Assembly: GCF_004010195.1 (NCBI RefSeq)
Contig: NC_057758.1
Span: 2,354,819-2,374,818 of the forward strand
Source: Chiloscyllium plagiosum
Lineage: Eukaryota
DNA: 20,000 nt
Reading direction: 5' to 3'
The position numbers and the translations under genes are program-made. This document shows positions 1 to 10,089 of the stretch, one piece after another (the stretch's first letter is position 1; each line of letters opens with the position of its first letter). The notes beneath the pieces were generated by a model that worked only from the letters and a program-made list of their open reading frames with translations, did not search any database and was not told where the DNA came from.

Positions 1-874
1 TTTGATAAGGTTCCCCATGGTAGACTACTGCAAAATATGCGGAGGTATGGCATTGAGGGTGAGTTGGAGGTTTGGATAAGGAGTTGGATGGCTGGAAGAA
101 GACAGAGGGTAGGAGTTGATGGCAAAGGTTCATCTTGGAGTGCCGTCACCAGCGGTGTTCCGCAAGGATCTGTTTTGGGACCATTGCTGTTTGTCATTTT
201 TATAAATGACCTGGAGGAGGGGTTAGAAGGTTGGGTGAGCAAGTTTGCGGATGATACGAAAGTCGGAGGAGTGGTAGACAGTGAGGAAGGATGTGGCAGG
301 TTACAGCGGGATATAGAGAAGCTGCAGAACTGGGCAGAAAGGTGGCAAATGGAGTCCAATGTAGCTAAGTGTGAGGTGATTCACTTTAGTAAGAGTAACA
401 AAAAGATGGGGTACTGGGCTAACGGTCAGATACTTGGTAGTGTGGATGAGCAGAGGGATCTTGGTGTCCATGTACACAGATCTTTCAAAGTTATAGTAAA
501 TAGTGCGGTGAAGAAGGCATATGGCGTACTGGCTTTTATTGGTAGAGGAATTGAGTTCCGGAGTACTGAGGTCATGTTGCAGTTGTATAAGACTCTGGTT
601 CAGCTATTACAAGTGGGCATAGCTTTAAATTAAGGGGGGGGGGGTAGGTATAGGACAGATGTTAGGGGTAGGTTCTTTACTCAGCGAGTCGTGAGTTCAT
701 GGAATGCCCTGCCAGTAGCAGTGGTGGACTCTCCCTCATTATGGGCATTTAAGCGGGCATTGGATAGGCATATGGAAGATAGTGGGCTAGTGCAGGTTAG
801 GTGGGCTTGGATCGGCGCAACATCGAGGGCCGAAGGGCCTGTACTGTGCTGTATTCTTCTATGTTCTATGTTCT
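1..874 (+). mobile_element. CR1-clade (HER1-like) LINE, 3' part of ORF2 reverse transcriptase plus 3' UTR/tail; runs off the left edge; internal deletion near 600
   Basis: ORF 37-633 has RT motifs GVPQGSVLGPLLF and SKFADDTK. After LYKTLV (~600) the sequence jumps to the GHSFKL-type C-terminal region, skipping the RPHLEYCVQFW...LIEVYKI block seen in other copies here. It ends in the tail GGCCGAAGGGCCTGTACTGTGCTGTATTCTTCTATGTTCTATGTTCT. Confidence 0.93.
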
Positions 875-1454
875 CCCAAGTCCAACTGAACTCCTTTGCC
901 TTCTTTGGCTAGTTTTGTTTACATCTCTAAGATGTATGCCCTCGATTTTAGCCACACTCTTTTTGTCCGCCTCCCATTTTTCAATCAAGTCTGAATTCTT
1001 ATCAAGGAGGTGTCTGATTTAATTGGAACAGGATCTGAATGCTTGCTTTATGATGCCAATATCTAACACTTCCTCCACCTTATTCTCATCATCCATGTTG
1101 GTGTTGTTCTGTTACGGGATCTCTGGAGTGTCCATCTATTTCTCAGCTGGAGAGAAAGAATTATCACCTTGCCCCATCTGTGCTGTCTCTGTTTCTATAG
1201 GTGAACGGGTGGATTTCACCCCTTGTCCCATCATACTCTATTGCTTCATTGGCTGATGTAATCTGTAGTTTGTCGACTGTGGCATTTAAAATTATTATCT
1301 AAATAATTAAGAAATATCTTCAGGCCTCCCACTTCTGTCAGCCATTTAAGCAGTGAGTTCTGGATACACACATTTAGTTGACGCCTTTCCCTTCGCTCGC
1401 CTAAGGTATTTATTTTCCTTCACTTAAATCAATGCCCTCGTGGTAATTGATTAG

Positions 1455-1776
1455 AGTCAGAGAATCATAGAGATGTACAGCATAGAAGCAGACCCTTCGG
1501 TCCAACGCGTCCATGCCGACCAGATATCCCAACCCAATCTAATCCCACCACTCCATCAAGAGAAATATTTATTCTGTCTACCCAGATAAACCCTGCCAGA
1601 TCCTCCAAAGACGATAACCACGATAAATCTAGTCCCATCGGCCAGCATTTGGTCCATTTCCCTCTAAACCCTTCGTTTCTTTTCACCCATCCAGACACGT
1701 TTTTTAAATGCTGTATTCATACCAGTCTCCACCACTTCCTCTGGTCCTTCATTCCATACACAAATCACCCTCTGCG
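1455..1776 (-). mobile_element. CR1 LINE 3' end fragment with a composite tail
   Basis: Reverse complement of the tail (CATAGAGATGTACAGCATAGAAGCAGACCCTTCGGTCCAAC), followed by RT C-terminal sequence (CACCACTTCCTCTGG...CATTCCATAC). Same tail family as the + strand copy ending at ~4311. Confidence 0.85.
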
Positions 1777-1949
1777 AAACGTAGGCGCGCTTATTTTTGT
1801 GTGAGAGAAAAAGAAGCTGTTAATGAAATTATTTACAAGGGATTTCGCCCCACATCTTTGCAAGAACAGAAAACTATCACTGATTAAGCCATTCTACTTG
1901 AAATAGAATGGATATATACTGTTCGAATTTTTAGATATCTCAATTTTCT

Positions 1950-4311
1950 CAATGGAGAAGAATTTGTTAAGTGAGTAAAAGAAACATTTCTGATTCAATA
2001 TGTGTATGTACCTTCTCGAGAAGGTGCAAACCCTGACTTACTCTTGGGAAATAAGGGAGGGTAGGTGAATGAGTTATCAGTGAGGGAGCATTTTGGGTCC
2101 ACCGATCATAATTTTATTCGATTTAGAATAGTGATGGAAAAGAATAGACCTCATCCAAAAGTTGGAAGAAGGCTAATTTTGAAGGTGTTACGTAAGAAAT
2201 TTCAAAAGCTGGTTGGGGCAGATATTCGCAGGTTGCCTGGAAAATGGATAACCTTCAGAAATGAGATAACGGGAGTCCTGAGACAGTGTATTCCCGTTAG
2301 GGTGTCTGGAAAGTCTGGTAGGTGTAGCAAATCCTTGAGAATTAAGAAATTAAGGCTCTGGTTAAGAAGAAAAGTAAGCATGTGCCTCAGGTACAGGCAA
2401 GATAAATCAAATGTATCTTGAGAAAAGTATAAAGGCAGTAGGTGCATACTTAACAGGGAAATCAGGAGGCAGAAGGGGACATGAAATAGCTTGGCAAATG
2501 GAGTTAACGAGAATCCAAAGGGCTTTCACGAATATATTAAGGACAGAAGGGTAAGTAGGATGAGAACAGGACCCCTTAACGATCAGCAAGGCGGTCTTTG
2601 TGTGGAAGCACAGGAGATGGGTGAGATACTAAACGAGTATTTTGCATCAGTGTTTACTGTGGGAAAGGACATGGAACGTATAAAATGTAGGGAAATAGAT
2701 GGTGACATCTTGAAAAATGTCCATATTACAGAGGAGGAACCGCTGAATGTCTTGAGAAGCATAAAATTGGATAAATGCGCAGGACCTGATCGGGGTACCC
2801 GAGAACACTGTGGGCAGCTCGGGAAATGATTGCTGAGCGCCTTCCTGAGATACTTGTATCAGCGATAGTCACAGGTGAATTGCCAGAAGACTGGAGGTTG
2901 GCTAACCTGGTGCCACTGTTTAAGAAGGGTGGTACGAGATCCTGTCGTCTGTGTTGTGAAAGTTGTTGGAAGGATTTCTGAGGTACAGGATGTATATGTA
3001 TTTGGAAATGCAAGAAATGATTAGGGAGAGTCAACATCGTTTGTATATGGGAAATTATGTCTCACAAACTTGATAGAGTTTTTTGAATAAGTAACAAAGA
3101 GGATTTATGAGGGCAGAGCGGTTGCCGTGGTCTATTTGGACTTCAGTAAGGCGTTCGGCAACGTTCCTTATGGAAGTCTGGTTAGCAAGGTTAGATTTCA
3201 TGGAATAAAGGAAAACTAACCATTTGGTTAAAGAACTCGTTCAAAGATTGAAGACAGAGAGTGGTGGTTGAGGGTAGTTTTTCAGAGCCCTGTGACCAGT
3301 GGAGTGCCACAAGAATGGGTGCTGGGTCCACTGCTTTTCGTTATTTATATAAATGATTTGGTTGTGAGCGTAAGAGGTATGGTTAGTAATTTGTCAATGA
3401 CACCAAAGTTGGAGGTGTATTGGTCAGCGAAGTAGGTTACCACAGATTGCAACGGGAGTTTGATCAGATGGGCAAATGGGCTGGGAAGTGACAGATGGAG
3501 TTTAACTTAGATAAGTCTGAGGTGCTACATTTTGGGAAAGCAAAATTTAGCAGGACTTATGCACTTAATGGCAAGATCCTAGGGAGTGTTGTTGAACAAA
3601 GATACATTGGATTGCAGGTTCTTGGCTCCTTGAATGTGAACGCGCAGATAGATAGGATAATGAAGAAGGCGTTTGGTATGCTTTCCTTTATTGATCAGAG
3701 AATTGAGTGCAGGAGTTGGGAGGTCATGTTATGGCTGTACACGACATTGGTTAGGCCACTTTTAGAATATTGCGTGCATTTCTGGTCTCCTTCCGATCGG
3801 AAGGATGTTGTGAATCTTGAAAGGCTTCTGAAAAGACTTATAAGAGTGTTGCCAGGGATGGAGGATTTGAGCTGGAGGGGGACGTTGACTAGGCTAGGAT
3901 TTCTTTCCCTGGAGCTTCGGAAGCTGAAGGGTGACCTTATAGAGGTCTATAAAATCATGAGGGATATGGATAGGTTAAATAGACAGGGTCTCTTCCCTTG
4001 GGTCGGGCAGTCCAGAACGAGAGGGCATAGGTTTAGGGTGAGAGGGGAAAGATATAACAGATTCCTAAGGGACAACTTTTTCTCGCAGAGGTTGGTGCAT
4101 ATTTGGAGTGAGCTGCCAGAGGAAGTGGTGGAGGCTAGTATGATTGCAACATTGAAAACGCATCTGCGTAGGGATATAAATAGGAAGAGTTTGGAGAGAT
4201 AAGGGCAGAGTGCTGGCAGGTGGGATTAAATTGAGTCTGCATATTTGGTTGGCATGGAGATGTTGGACCAAAGGTTTTGTTTCTGTGCTGTACATCTCGA
4301 CGACTCTATGA
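1950..4311 (+). mobile_element. Decayed 5'-truncated CR1 LINE (~2.4 kb): endonuclease C-terminus, linker, RT and 3' tail
   Basis: ORF fragments in order: EHFGSTDHNFIRF (APE end, SDH-like), ENPKGFHEYIK...EILNEYFASVFT...DKCAGPD, GVPQEWVLGPLLF, LVRPLLEYCVHFWSP...GDLIEVYKIM...RTRGHRFRVRG. Tail TTCTGTGCTGTACATCTCGACGACTCTATGA. Many stops and frameshifts. Confidence 0.93.
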
Positions 4312-4679
4312 AAATATAGAAGGCATTTGCTATCAACAACGATTTTCTGAATTTGACAACCGCCTATAAACATTGCAAACACAGTAATGTACAAACATTC
4401 TTAATTCATCAGGTCACATTTAATATTGTATCTCAGTATACAAGAACCACAGTTCACTACAAAATGCAGTGACTTATATTTTCACCGTCCTGGTGATAAT
4501 CCTTTTGAGATTGACTGCTAATTATATTCATATCTTCATTCGTATTTTGCCATGTTCCTTTGGTGTTATTAACTCTTGGTCTTAAATTAAAAGGAGAATA
4601 GTGTCTTTTTTTGGATATCTTCAGTGCCTCAACACCAACTGCACAGAAGCAGGAATCACAGACGAAGGATTTGGATAGC

Positions 4680-4940
4680 ATTCCAGACTGAGATAAAGAG
4701 AAATTACTTTGCTCAGAGAGAATTCAGTCTGGTGAATACAAGCAGGTGGGCCGAACAGAATGCAATTTCCCTGATTAGAGATGGTGTCAGGAAGCCTTAG
4801 TTGGTAGATATATACAGGAGTGTCAGGTTTTCTGGCACTCTGAAAGCTAGCTCTGAGGGAGATGGACCATTGTCAAGGATTTCCACGCGTAAACAATGTG
4901 TAAATTGTGAATGAGATACTGGCTTCTTGAAGTTATTTTA
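4680..4940 (+). mobile_element. Possible decayed solo LTR (Gypsy-like)
   Basis: TATA-like ATATATACAGGAGTGTCAG...CACTCTGAAAGCTAGCTCTGAGGGAG...GTCAAGGA...AGTTATTTTA resembles, from memory, a shark LTR consensus ending AGTTATTTCA. No PBS follows and the 5' boundary is uncertain. Confidence 0.35.
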
Positions 4941-4949
4941 GTGAGATTA

Positions 4950-5145
4950 TGGTAGCCTCGGCTAGAGGTAGATATTGACACGAAAACATTGAATGTTTAC
5001 AAGAGGTAGATTTTTTTTCAGAACTGAAAGTTTTGGGGAGAAAGCGGGAACAGTCATGGAGTTACATCATCAGTCTTCATTGAATTGAATATTGCAGCAG
5101 AATCGAGGGGAGGAATGTTCTACTCCGGCTCCTATTACCTACGCT
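4950..5145 (+). mobile_element. Old CR1/L2-type LINE 3' end fragment
   Basis: Degenerate C-terminal and 3' UTR sequence (CATTGAATGTTTACAAGAGGTAGATTTTT...GCAGAATCGAGGGG...CTACTCCGGCTCCTATT). Confidence 0.5.
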
Positions 5146-5419
5146 TTTGCTTTTAATATTGATAGTAAATGGTGTACACCGTTCAAGTGCACATTGGAAC
5201 AGTAAGGTTCATTGCTCAAGGATGGGGAATGAATTAGGAGAGTCGATTTATTCAGTATTGGATGTGTGTGGACCTAATGTCGTCTCAGGTTTTTTTTTTG
5301 GAAGCTAAACCGGTGCTAAATGCAACACCAACATGATGGAGACTTCATTCAGTTTCGAAGTGAGAGGGAGTTTCAAGATTCGCTTGGACGATACACAACA
5401 TGGATAAATTGTTCAATAT

Positions 5420-5876
5420 GCAAAGGTCAAAAAGTTTGGCACTTTACTCACTGAACATTGGAAGAACAAAAGATAATCTCATTGAAACACGTAGCATTCC
5501 TTACATTTATCTTACAGTATAAATGCTGAAAGGACGTTTCCTCTCCTAAGTCAGTCTCAGGCCAGAGGGCCTGGTCTCACTAATAAGGATAACCTTAAGA
5601 GGAATGTGCAGAGGGATTTCTTCTCCTAGTTGTGAGTCTCTAGAACTCCTTGCCGCAGATAGCTGTAGGGTGTGGGGGGCGGGGAGGGGGTAGTCCCTCT
5701 GCAGATTGAAAGCTGAGATAAACACACTCATTATCAGTAAGGGAATGAATCTTTATAGTGTAAAGACAAGGAAGTAGGCATGAAGAATGTCGGATCAGCT
5801 GTGAACCTGATGAATGACGAAGCAGAGAGGAGTGGTTGAACTGCAAACCCTTATTCCTACTTGTTATAATCATATG
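5420..5876 (+). mobile_element. Old CR1-type LINE 3' end fragment
   Basis: Degenerate DLIETY-like stretch (GATAATCTCATTGAAACACG), GCCAGAGGGC...CTC (RGH-like), GATTTCTTCTC...GAACTCCTTGCCGCAG, then a 3' UTR ending CTTATTCCTACTTGTTATAATCATATG. Confidence 0.6.
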
Positions 5877-6249
5877 GAGTTGGTAGCTGGGTAAAGGGCT
5901 CCATCTGTGACAACAGCCAGGGACTTCTCAGTTATGTCATCGGACACATTGTCCCTGGATGCGTGGTGAGAATGAAGAAGAGGTCAATTGGAAACACTTT
6001 AAAGATTCTTCAAAAGAATCTGGACATATGTTTGCAGACATTCGAAAGATATGAGAAGTTGAAAAATGTTGTAATTTCACCATTAAAGGTCATTGGATAT
6101 TGTGCAAAAATATGAGCGAAACAATCAGCAAGTGATGTTAAATCAAAATCCAACACTTCATAGATGCAAATTAACACACGTGTTTTCAGTGAGACATATC
6201 TTTCGAATATATTAGAGACAGCAAAGCAAGGAGTGAAATTGAAAACTAC

Positions 6250-6410
6250 CCACTTTCCCGGATGCGTGCTATTCCAACAACACTCAAGAAACATGACCCG
6301 TATCCAATAAAAAGCAGCCTGCTTGATTGGCATCACATCAACAAATATCCGTTCTCACCACCACCGAAGCTCAGTAACAGCAGTGTGCACTATCCACAGG
6401 AGTGCACTGT
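6250..6410 (+). mobile_element. Fragment of a second LINE family (CR1/L2 group), RT C-terminal region
   Basis: Frameshifted translation PTTLKKHD...AACLIGITSTNIRSHHHRSSVTAVCTIHR, matching the 'LKKLDTIQ.KAARLIG...SLHHRR.VAA' pattern of LINE RT C-termini. Confidence 0.6.
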
Positions 6411-6656
6411 TTACAGTGTCAGGAAATTGGAAGTTGCTGGCTTCAAATATCTTGAAGGGAGACAGGCACAGAACAAAGAGATATGCCTCATACAGTAAGT
6501 GGTTGGGATTTGAAAGCAACTGCATGGAAACAGTGTGAAAGCATGTTTAAGAATTTCTACCACGGGCAATTTTAAAGGCAAAGCATAGTGGGAGGGGCTG
6601 GGAATGGGTCGAATAAACACAGGTCTGTAAAAATAGCGTGAGGACTCCGCTTTGCA

Positions 6657-7162
6657 CAACATAGAACATAGAACAATACACGCAGGAACTGGCCTTTTGA
6701 CCTACGATGTTGTGCCAACCACGATGGCAAATTAAATAAATCCCTTATGCATGTCCTTGGTCCATATTCTTCCATTCCTTACAGAGTCATGTGTTTAACC
6801 AAACGCACCTGCCTCCTTCACGCCACAGAAGCGCGTTTCCGACAACTGCCAGTGTACAAAATGCACCTCTAATCTTCTTTAAACATTTTCCCCGCACCTT
6901 CAATGCACACTCTCCGTTATTATTCATTATACATGTGGGAAAAAGATTCTCACCACCACCTAATCCATGCATCTCATGAAATTGTAGACTTCTATCAAGT
7001 GTCACTCAGCCCCTGAGTCCCTAGAGAAAAACAAGCCTAGATTTTTGAGCCTCTCATATCCGCATACCCTCTAATCCAGGCAACATCCTGGTAAACCTCT
7101 TCCATATCTTCTCCAAAGCCATCACATAAATCTTCTAATATAGTGTCCAGAAATGAATGCAC
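6657..7162 (-). mobile_element. CR1 LINE 3' end fragment
   Basis: Starts with the reverse-complemented tail AACATAGAACATAGAACAATACACGCAGGAACTGGCCTTT, followed by RT C-terminal sequence (ACTTCTATCAAGTGTC, CCCTCTAATCCAGGCAACATCCTGGTAAACCTCTT). Confidence 0.85.
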
Positions 7163-7323
7163 CTTTTACTGAAGTTTTGATCCTACCAAGGGGGAAAAGC
7201 TGTTCATAAAAAAACAAAGGTTATGAAAGGAATTTTAAAAACCAACAACTTATCAACACACATTATATGTGTTGTTTACACGCCTGCAAGATATCAAGGA
7301 GAGTAGAACTGTAAAAAATAAGT

Positions 7324-7428
7324 GTTCTGAAGATGAATCCGATTGGAAAAATATCATCACATCCGAGTCTTTCTTTCAGCAGATTCCACCAACTTGCTGA
7401 GTCCAGTCAGAAGTTTCGGTTTTTTTCT
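7324..7428 (+). mobile_element. Possible highly decayed Penelope-type terminal-repeat fragment
   Basis: GTTCTGAAGATG...TCTTTCTTTCAGCAGATTCCACCAACTTGCTGAGTCCAGTCAGAAGTTTCGGTTTTT resembles the reverse complement of the terminal repeats at 14562 and 19435. Confidence 0.35.
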
Positions 7429-7526
7429 CTTTACATAATTTTCTGGATCACCTTCCTGAGCTACACTGCACTATTATGGCAGTTCAACATCCCTTGAAAA
7501 GTGAAAGTATTGAAAAAGAACATTAC

Positions 7527-7698
7527 CAGGAACACCAATGATAGCCAGGAACGGAAAATAAAAGTGTTGGATAACCTGGAGTAGGTATGTTAGTCGTAAC
7601 TGTAGGTGGATAGTTGTAGAAAAAGAATGAATGGAAGAGGATAAAAGCCTCTCCACTGTCGTACCACTCCAATCTAAAGGTATCAGTTTCTGATCCAT
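7527..7698 (-). CDS. First coding exon of a GPR139/GPR142-like rhodopsin-class GPCR (extracellular N-terminus and first half of TM1); remainder of the gene not seen in the window
   Basis: ATG at 7698 gives MDQKLIPLDWSGTTVERLLSSSIHSFSTTIHLQLRLTYLLQVIQHFYFPFLAIIGVP (57 codons) plus G, then donor G|GTAATG (GT at 7526-7525, phase 1). The YFPFLAIIGVP-x-N motif parallels GPR139 TM1 (YYSLLLCLGLPAN), which as I recall has its intron at the same phase-1 position. The sequence is unique and non-TE. Confidence 0.75.
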
Positions 7699-7799
7699 TG
7701 CAGTAGCGTTCCAATCTGATGTTACCAGATTCTCTGTCCCTCTCTATATGGAACCGGTGATCTCAGTCTGTGACGGATATTTCTCCAGTTGAATCTGCA

Positions 7800-7915
7800 G
7801 GATAATTGACGTTATGAAAAGCGTCTACATATTTGTAGAAAAGGAACCCCTCCAGGGACACAATTAGGCTCTGTGGAGACACGCACCCACTGCTCACCCT
7901 TCGCAATCCAATTGT
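7800..7915 (-). promoter_or_regulatory. Putative proximal promoter of the GPCR gene: CCAAT, CACCC, adjacent homeodomain + O/E(EBF)-like sites, TATA-like box
   Basis: Minus strand reads TAATTG (7866-7861) TG TCCCTGGAGG (7858-7849), then TACAAATA (7837-7830). CCAAT at 7908-7912 and CACCC at 7884-7888 (+). A second TAATTG at 7803-7808 (+). All lie about 100-215 nt upstream of the ATG. Confidence 0.5.
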
Positions 7916-8299
7916 TTTTTTAATATCTCGCTGCAAGGTGTCTCCTGATGCGATGTTTTGGTGGCAACTGTTTGCGACGTTTTTCAGATCTATGAACCTG
8001 AACTCTCAAGTCTCTTTGAACATCAACTGTATTTAACTTCAAACGATTTTGAAAGCGTTATGGTCTGCCATTTTCAGTCCAAAATGATTAAACTTACACT
8101 TGATCATTTTGAACTCAATCAGCCACAGATTTGTTCATCAACCTATTGTACCGAAATACGTTTGTAATCTTATGCTGTCACTATAATATCAATAATGCCA
8201 CCTCCCCTTGTGTCATCAGCAAAATTGAATCCATGACTTCCTATGCCATTTTTCAAAAATACACTAAATAAATAATGCGAATAATTGAGTCTTCTACAC

Positions 8300-9462
8300 A
8301 TCCTTGTGAGTCATCATTGGTCACATCCAAACACATTGACACGCAAGATTACGCACATATGCACACCTCCACTCATACAAGTACAGTCACAATGGCACAA
8401 ACACACAATGACATACATTTAGACACACATTCAATAACACGCTGTCTGGTGCATAAGTATACACACACAATTACAGTCTTACAGTGGCACAAACACAGAG
8501 TGAGACAATTGCACTGACACCTCTCACACACTGAACACACACAAACAGGCACATAAAATGCCACTCGCACAGTGACGTGCAGTCAGACACTTGCACAAAA
8601 TTAGACACAACAGCATGGTCCCAAGTAAACGTACAATCACATGTCCTCAAAATGATATATGCACACATTCACAATAACTCATTCAGAACGCACAATAACG
8701 CAGATAGAAACAATCAATGACAACCACAATGACGCAATGACAATGGCACATACAATCACGTGCAAACTCACACAGTAACACATGTTCAGATGCACATACA
8801 ATTATACACACACCCAATTCCATACAAAATTCTGCATGCAAATACAGATGATCAGAAAGAAGGACAATCATTCTCAGAATGACACACACACACAATAGCA
8901 CATACAATAACTCACGATAACGCAACACATCAAAAGACACTTTCATACAGAGTATTACATGGACATGCACAGTAGCATATAATCACGCACACACAATAAT
9001 ACACATAGCGCACACAGAATTGCACAAAATCAGAAAGACTTACAATTACACACACATGGACAGAATGGCACAAACATAATTACAACATTTCAATGACCAC
9101 ATTGATGCTACTCACAATCGTAAACATTCTCCAAGATACATATTGATAGACACACATACAATTACAAACATGCATGCCATAAACATAGGCACATGATCAC
9201 ACAATAATGCTTTCAAAATGACACAAACACATATAATGATACTCTCACGATGACACACACAAAACTGCACACTGTAGCACATATTCAGACACATATACAA
9301 TGGCACACTCAGCATGCACACAATCACACGCAATCACACATATTCAGACGAATGTATAATGACACAATGATGCCACACGCATGCAATTTTTCACCAAATA
9401 GCACATACAACTGCACACGTTCAAAAATATTCACACTGACACCCTCATCAATGACACACACA
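8300..9462. repeat. Degenerate CA-rich (CACACAAT-like) low-complexity / microsatellite-derived tract
   Basis: About 1.15 kb of recurring ACACAC, CACAAT and GACACA words with strong A/C skew on the + strand. It produces spurious His/Thr-rich and Cys/Val-rich ORFs. Confidence 0.85.
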
Positions 9463-9527
9463 CATAGAGTCATAGAGATGTACAGCATGGAAACAGACCC
9501 TTCAGTCCAACCCGTCCATGCCAACCA
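9463..9527 (-). mobile_element. Short CR1 3' tail
   Basis: CATAGAGTCATAGAGATGTACAGCATGGAAACAGACCCTTCAGTCCAACCCGTCCATGCCAACCA, the same tail as at 1466. Confidence 0.8.
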
Positions 9528-9569
9528 CTTATAATGATAAACATTGCCCGTCCATAATAGAACGGAATC

Positions 9570-9862
9570 CCTACATTGTGGAAACAGACCAATTGGCTTA
9601 AAAGGTCGATATCAAAGAGTGTCCCACCCAGCCCATTCATTTGCCCACGACTGACACATGAAGCCCACACTTTCCAGAACACTCTGGCTAATTTCGCGTG
9701 GGCAATTAACCTGACCTGCACATCTTCAGTTTGTGGCAGGAAACCCACGCAGGCGTGGAGAGATTTGACAAACTCCACACAACCGTCTGAACCTGGATTC
9801 GAACCTAGGCATCTCGGACTTTGGGCAGGAATGCCAACCATTGATCCTCCATGCCGTGCCAT
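9570..9862 (-). mobile_element. Decayed HE1-like tRNA-derived V-SINE
   Basis: Reverse complement aligns by eye with the copy at 17425-17730: B-box-like GGTTCGAATCC at ~9796-9806, core GCGTGGGTTTCC, GTGCAGGTCAGGTTAATTGCCCACGCGAAATT, tail TGTTTCCACAATGTA. Confidence 0.8.
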
Positions 9863-10089
9863 CAGTGCCTGCATTTCCCTGGATCTCTCTCTTTTGTAAA
9901 TGCTATGTTATTTTAATATGTTGCAATTTGTTGAACGTGGAGTGAAATGAAAAAGAAATAAACTATCAATATTTCTGAAATATTTGCGTTTTAAAAAATA
10001 GTTTTTATGTTTTCTTCTCATTCAATACATTGTTTATACAGCTGCTGGCCAGAGCAGTAATGGTTATGTGGGAATGGGGAAAGCATGCA

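Noticed and set aside
875..1234. Minus-strand coding-like frame (MMGQGVKSTRSP...MDDENKVEEVLDIGIIKQAF...DLIEKWEADKK) next to the first CR1 tail
   Set aside because: Three in-frame stops in about 120 codons and no recognisable motif. It may be a decayed TE ORF but cannot be supported without a search.
7474..7526. ORF-track continuation GNVLFQYFHFSRDVELP of the GPCR exon
   Set aside because: Read-through into the intron past the GTAATG donor; it stops shortly afterwards.
7523..7714. Alternative-frame ORF MERYCNGSETD... overlapping the GPCR exon
   Set aside because: It starts at TTG and has no TM-like segment. The overlapping MDQ frame carries the TM1 motif and a matching splice donor.
8275..9534. 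Several His/Thr-rich and Cys/Val-rich ORFs
   Set aside because: Artefacts of the CA/TG low-complexity tract.
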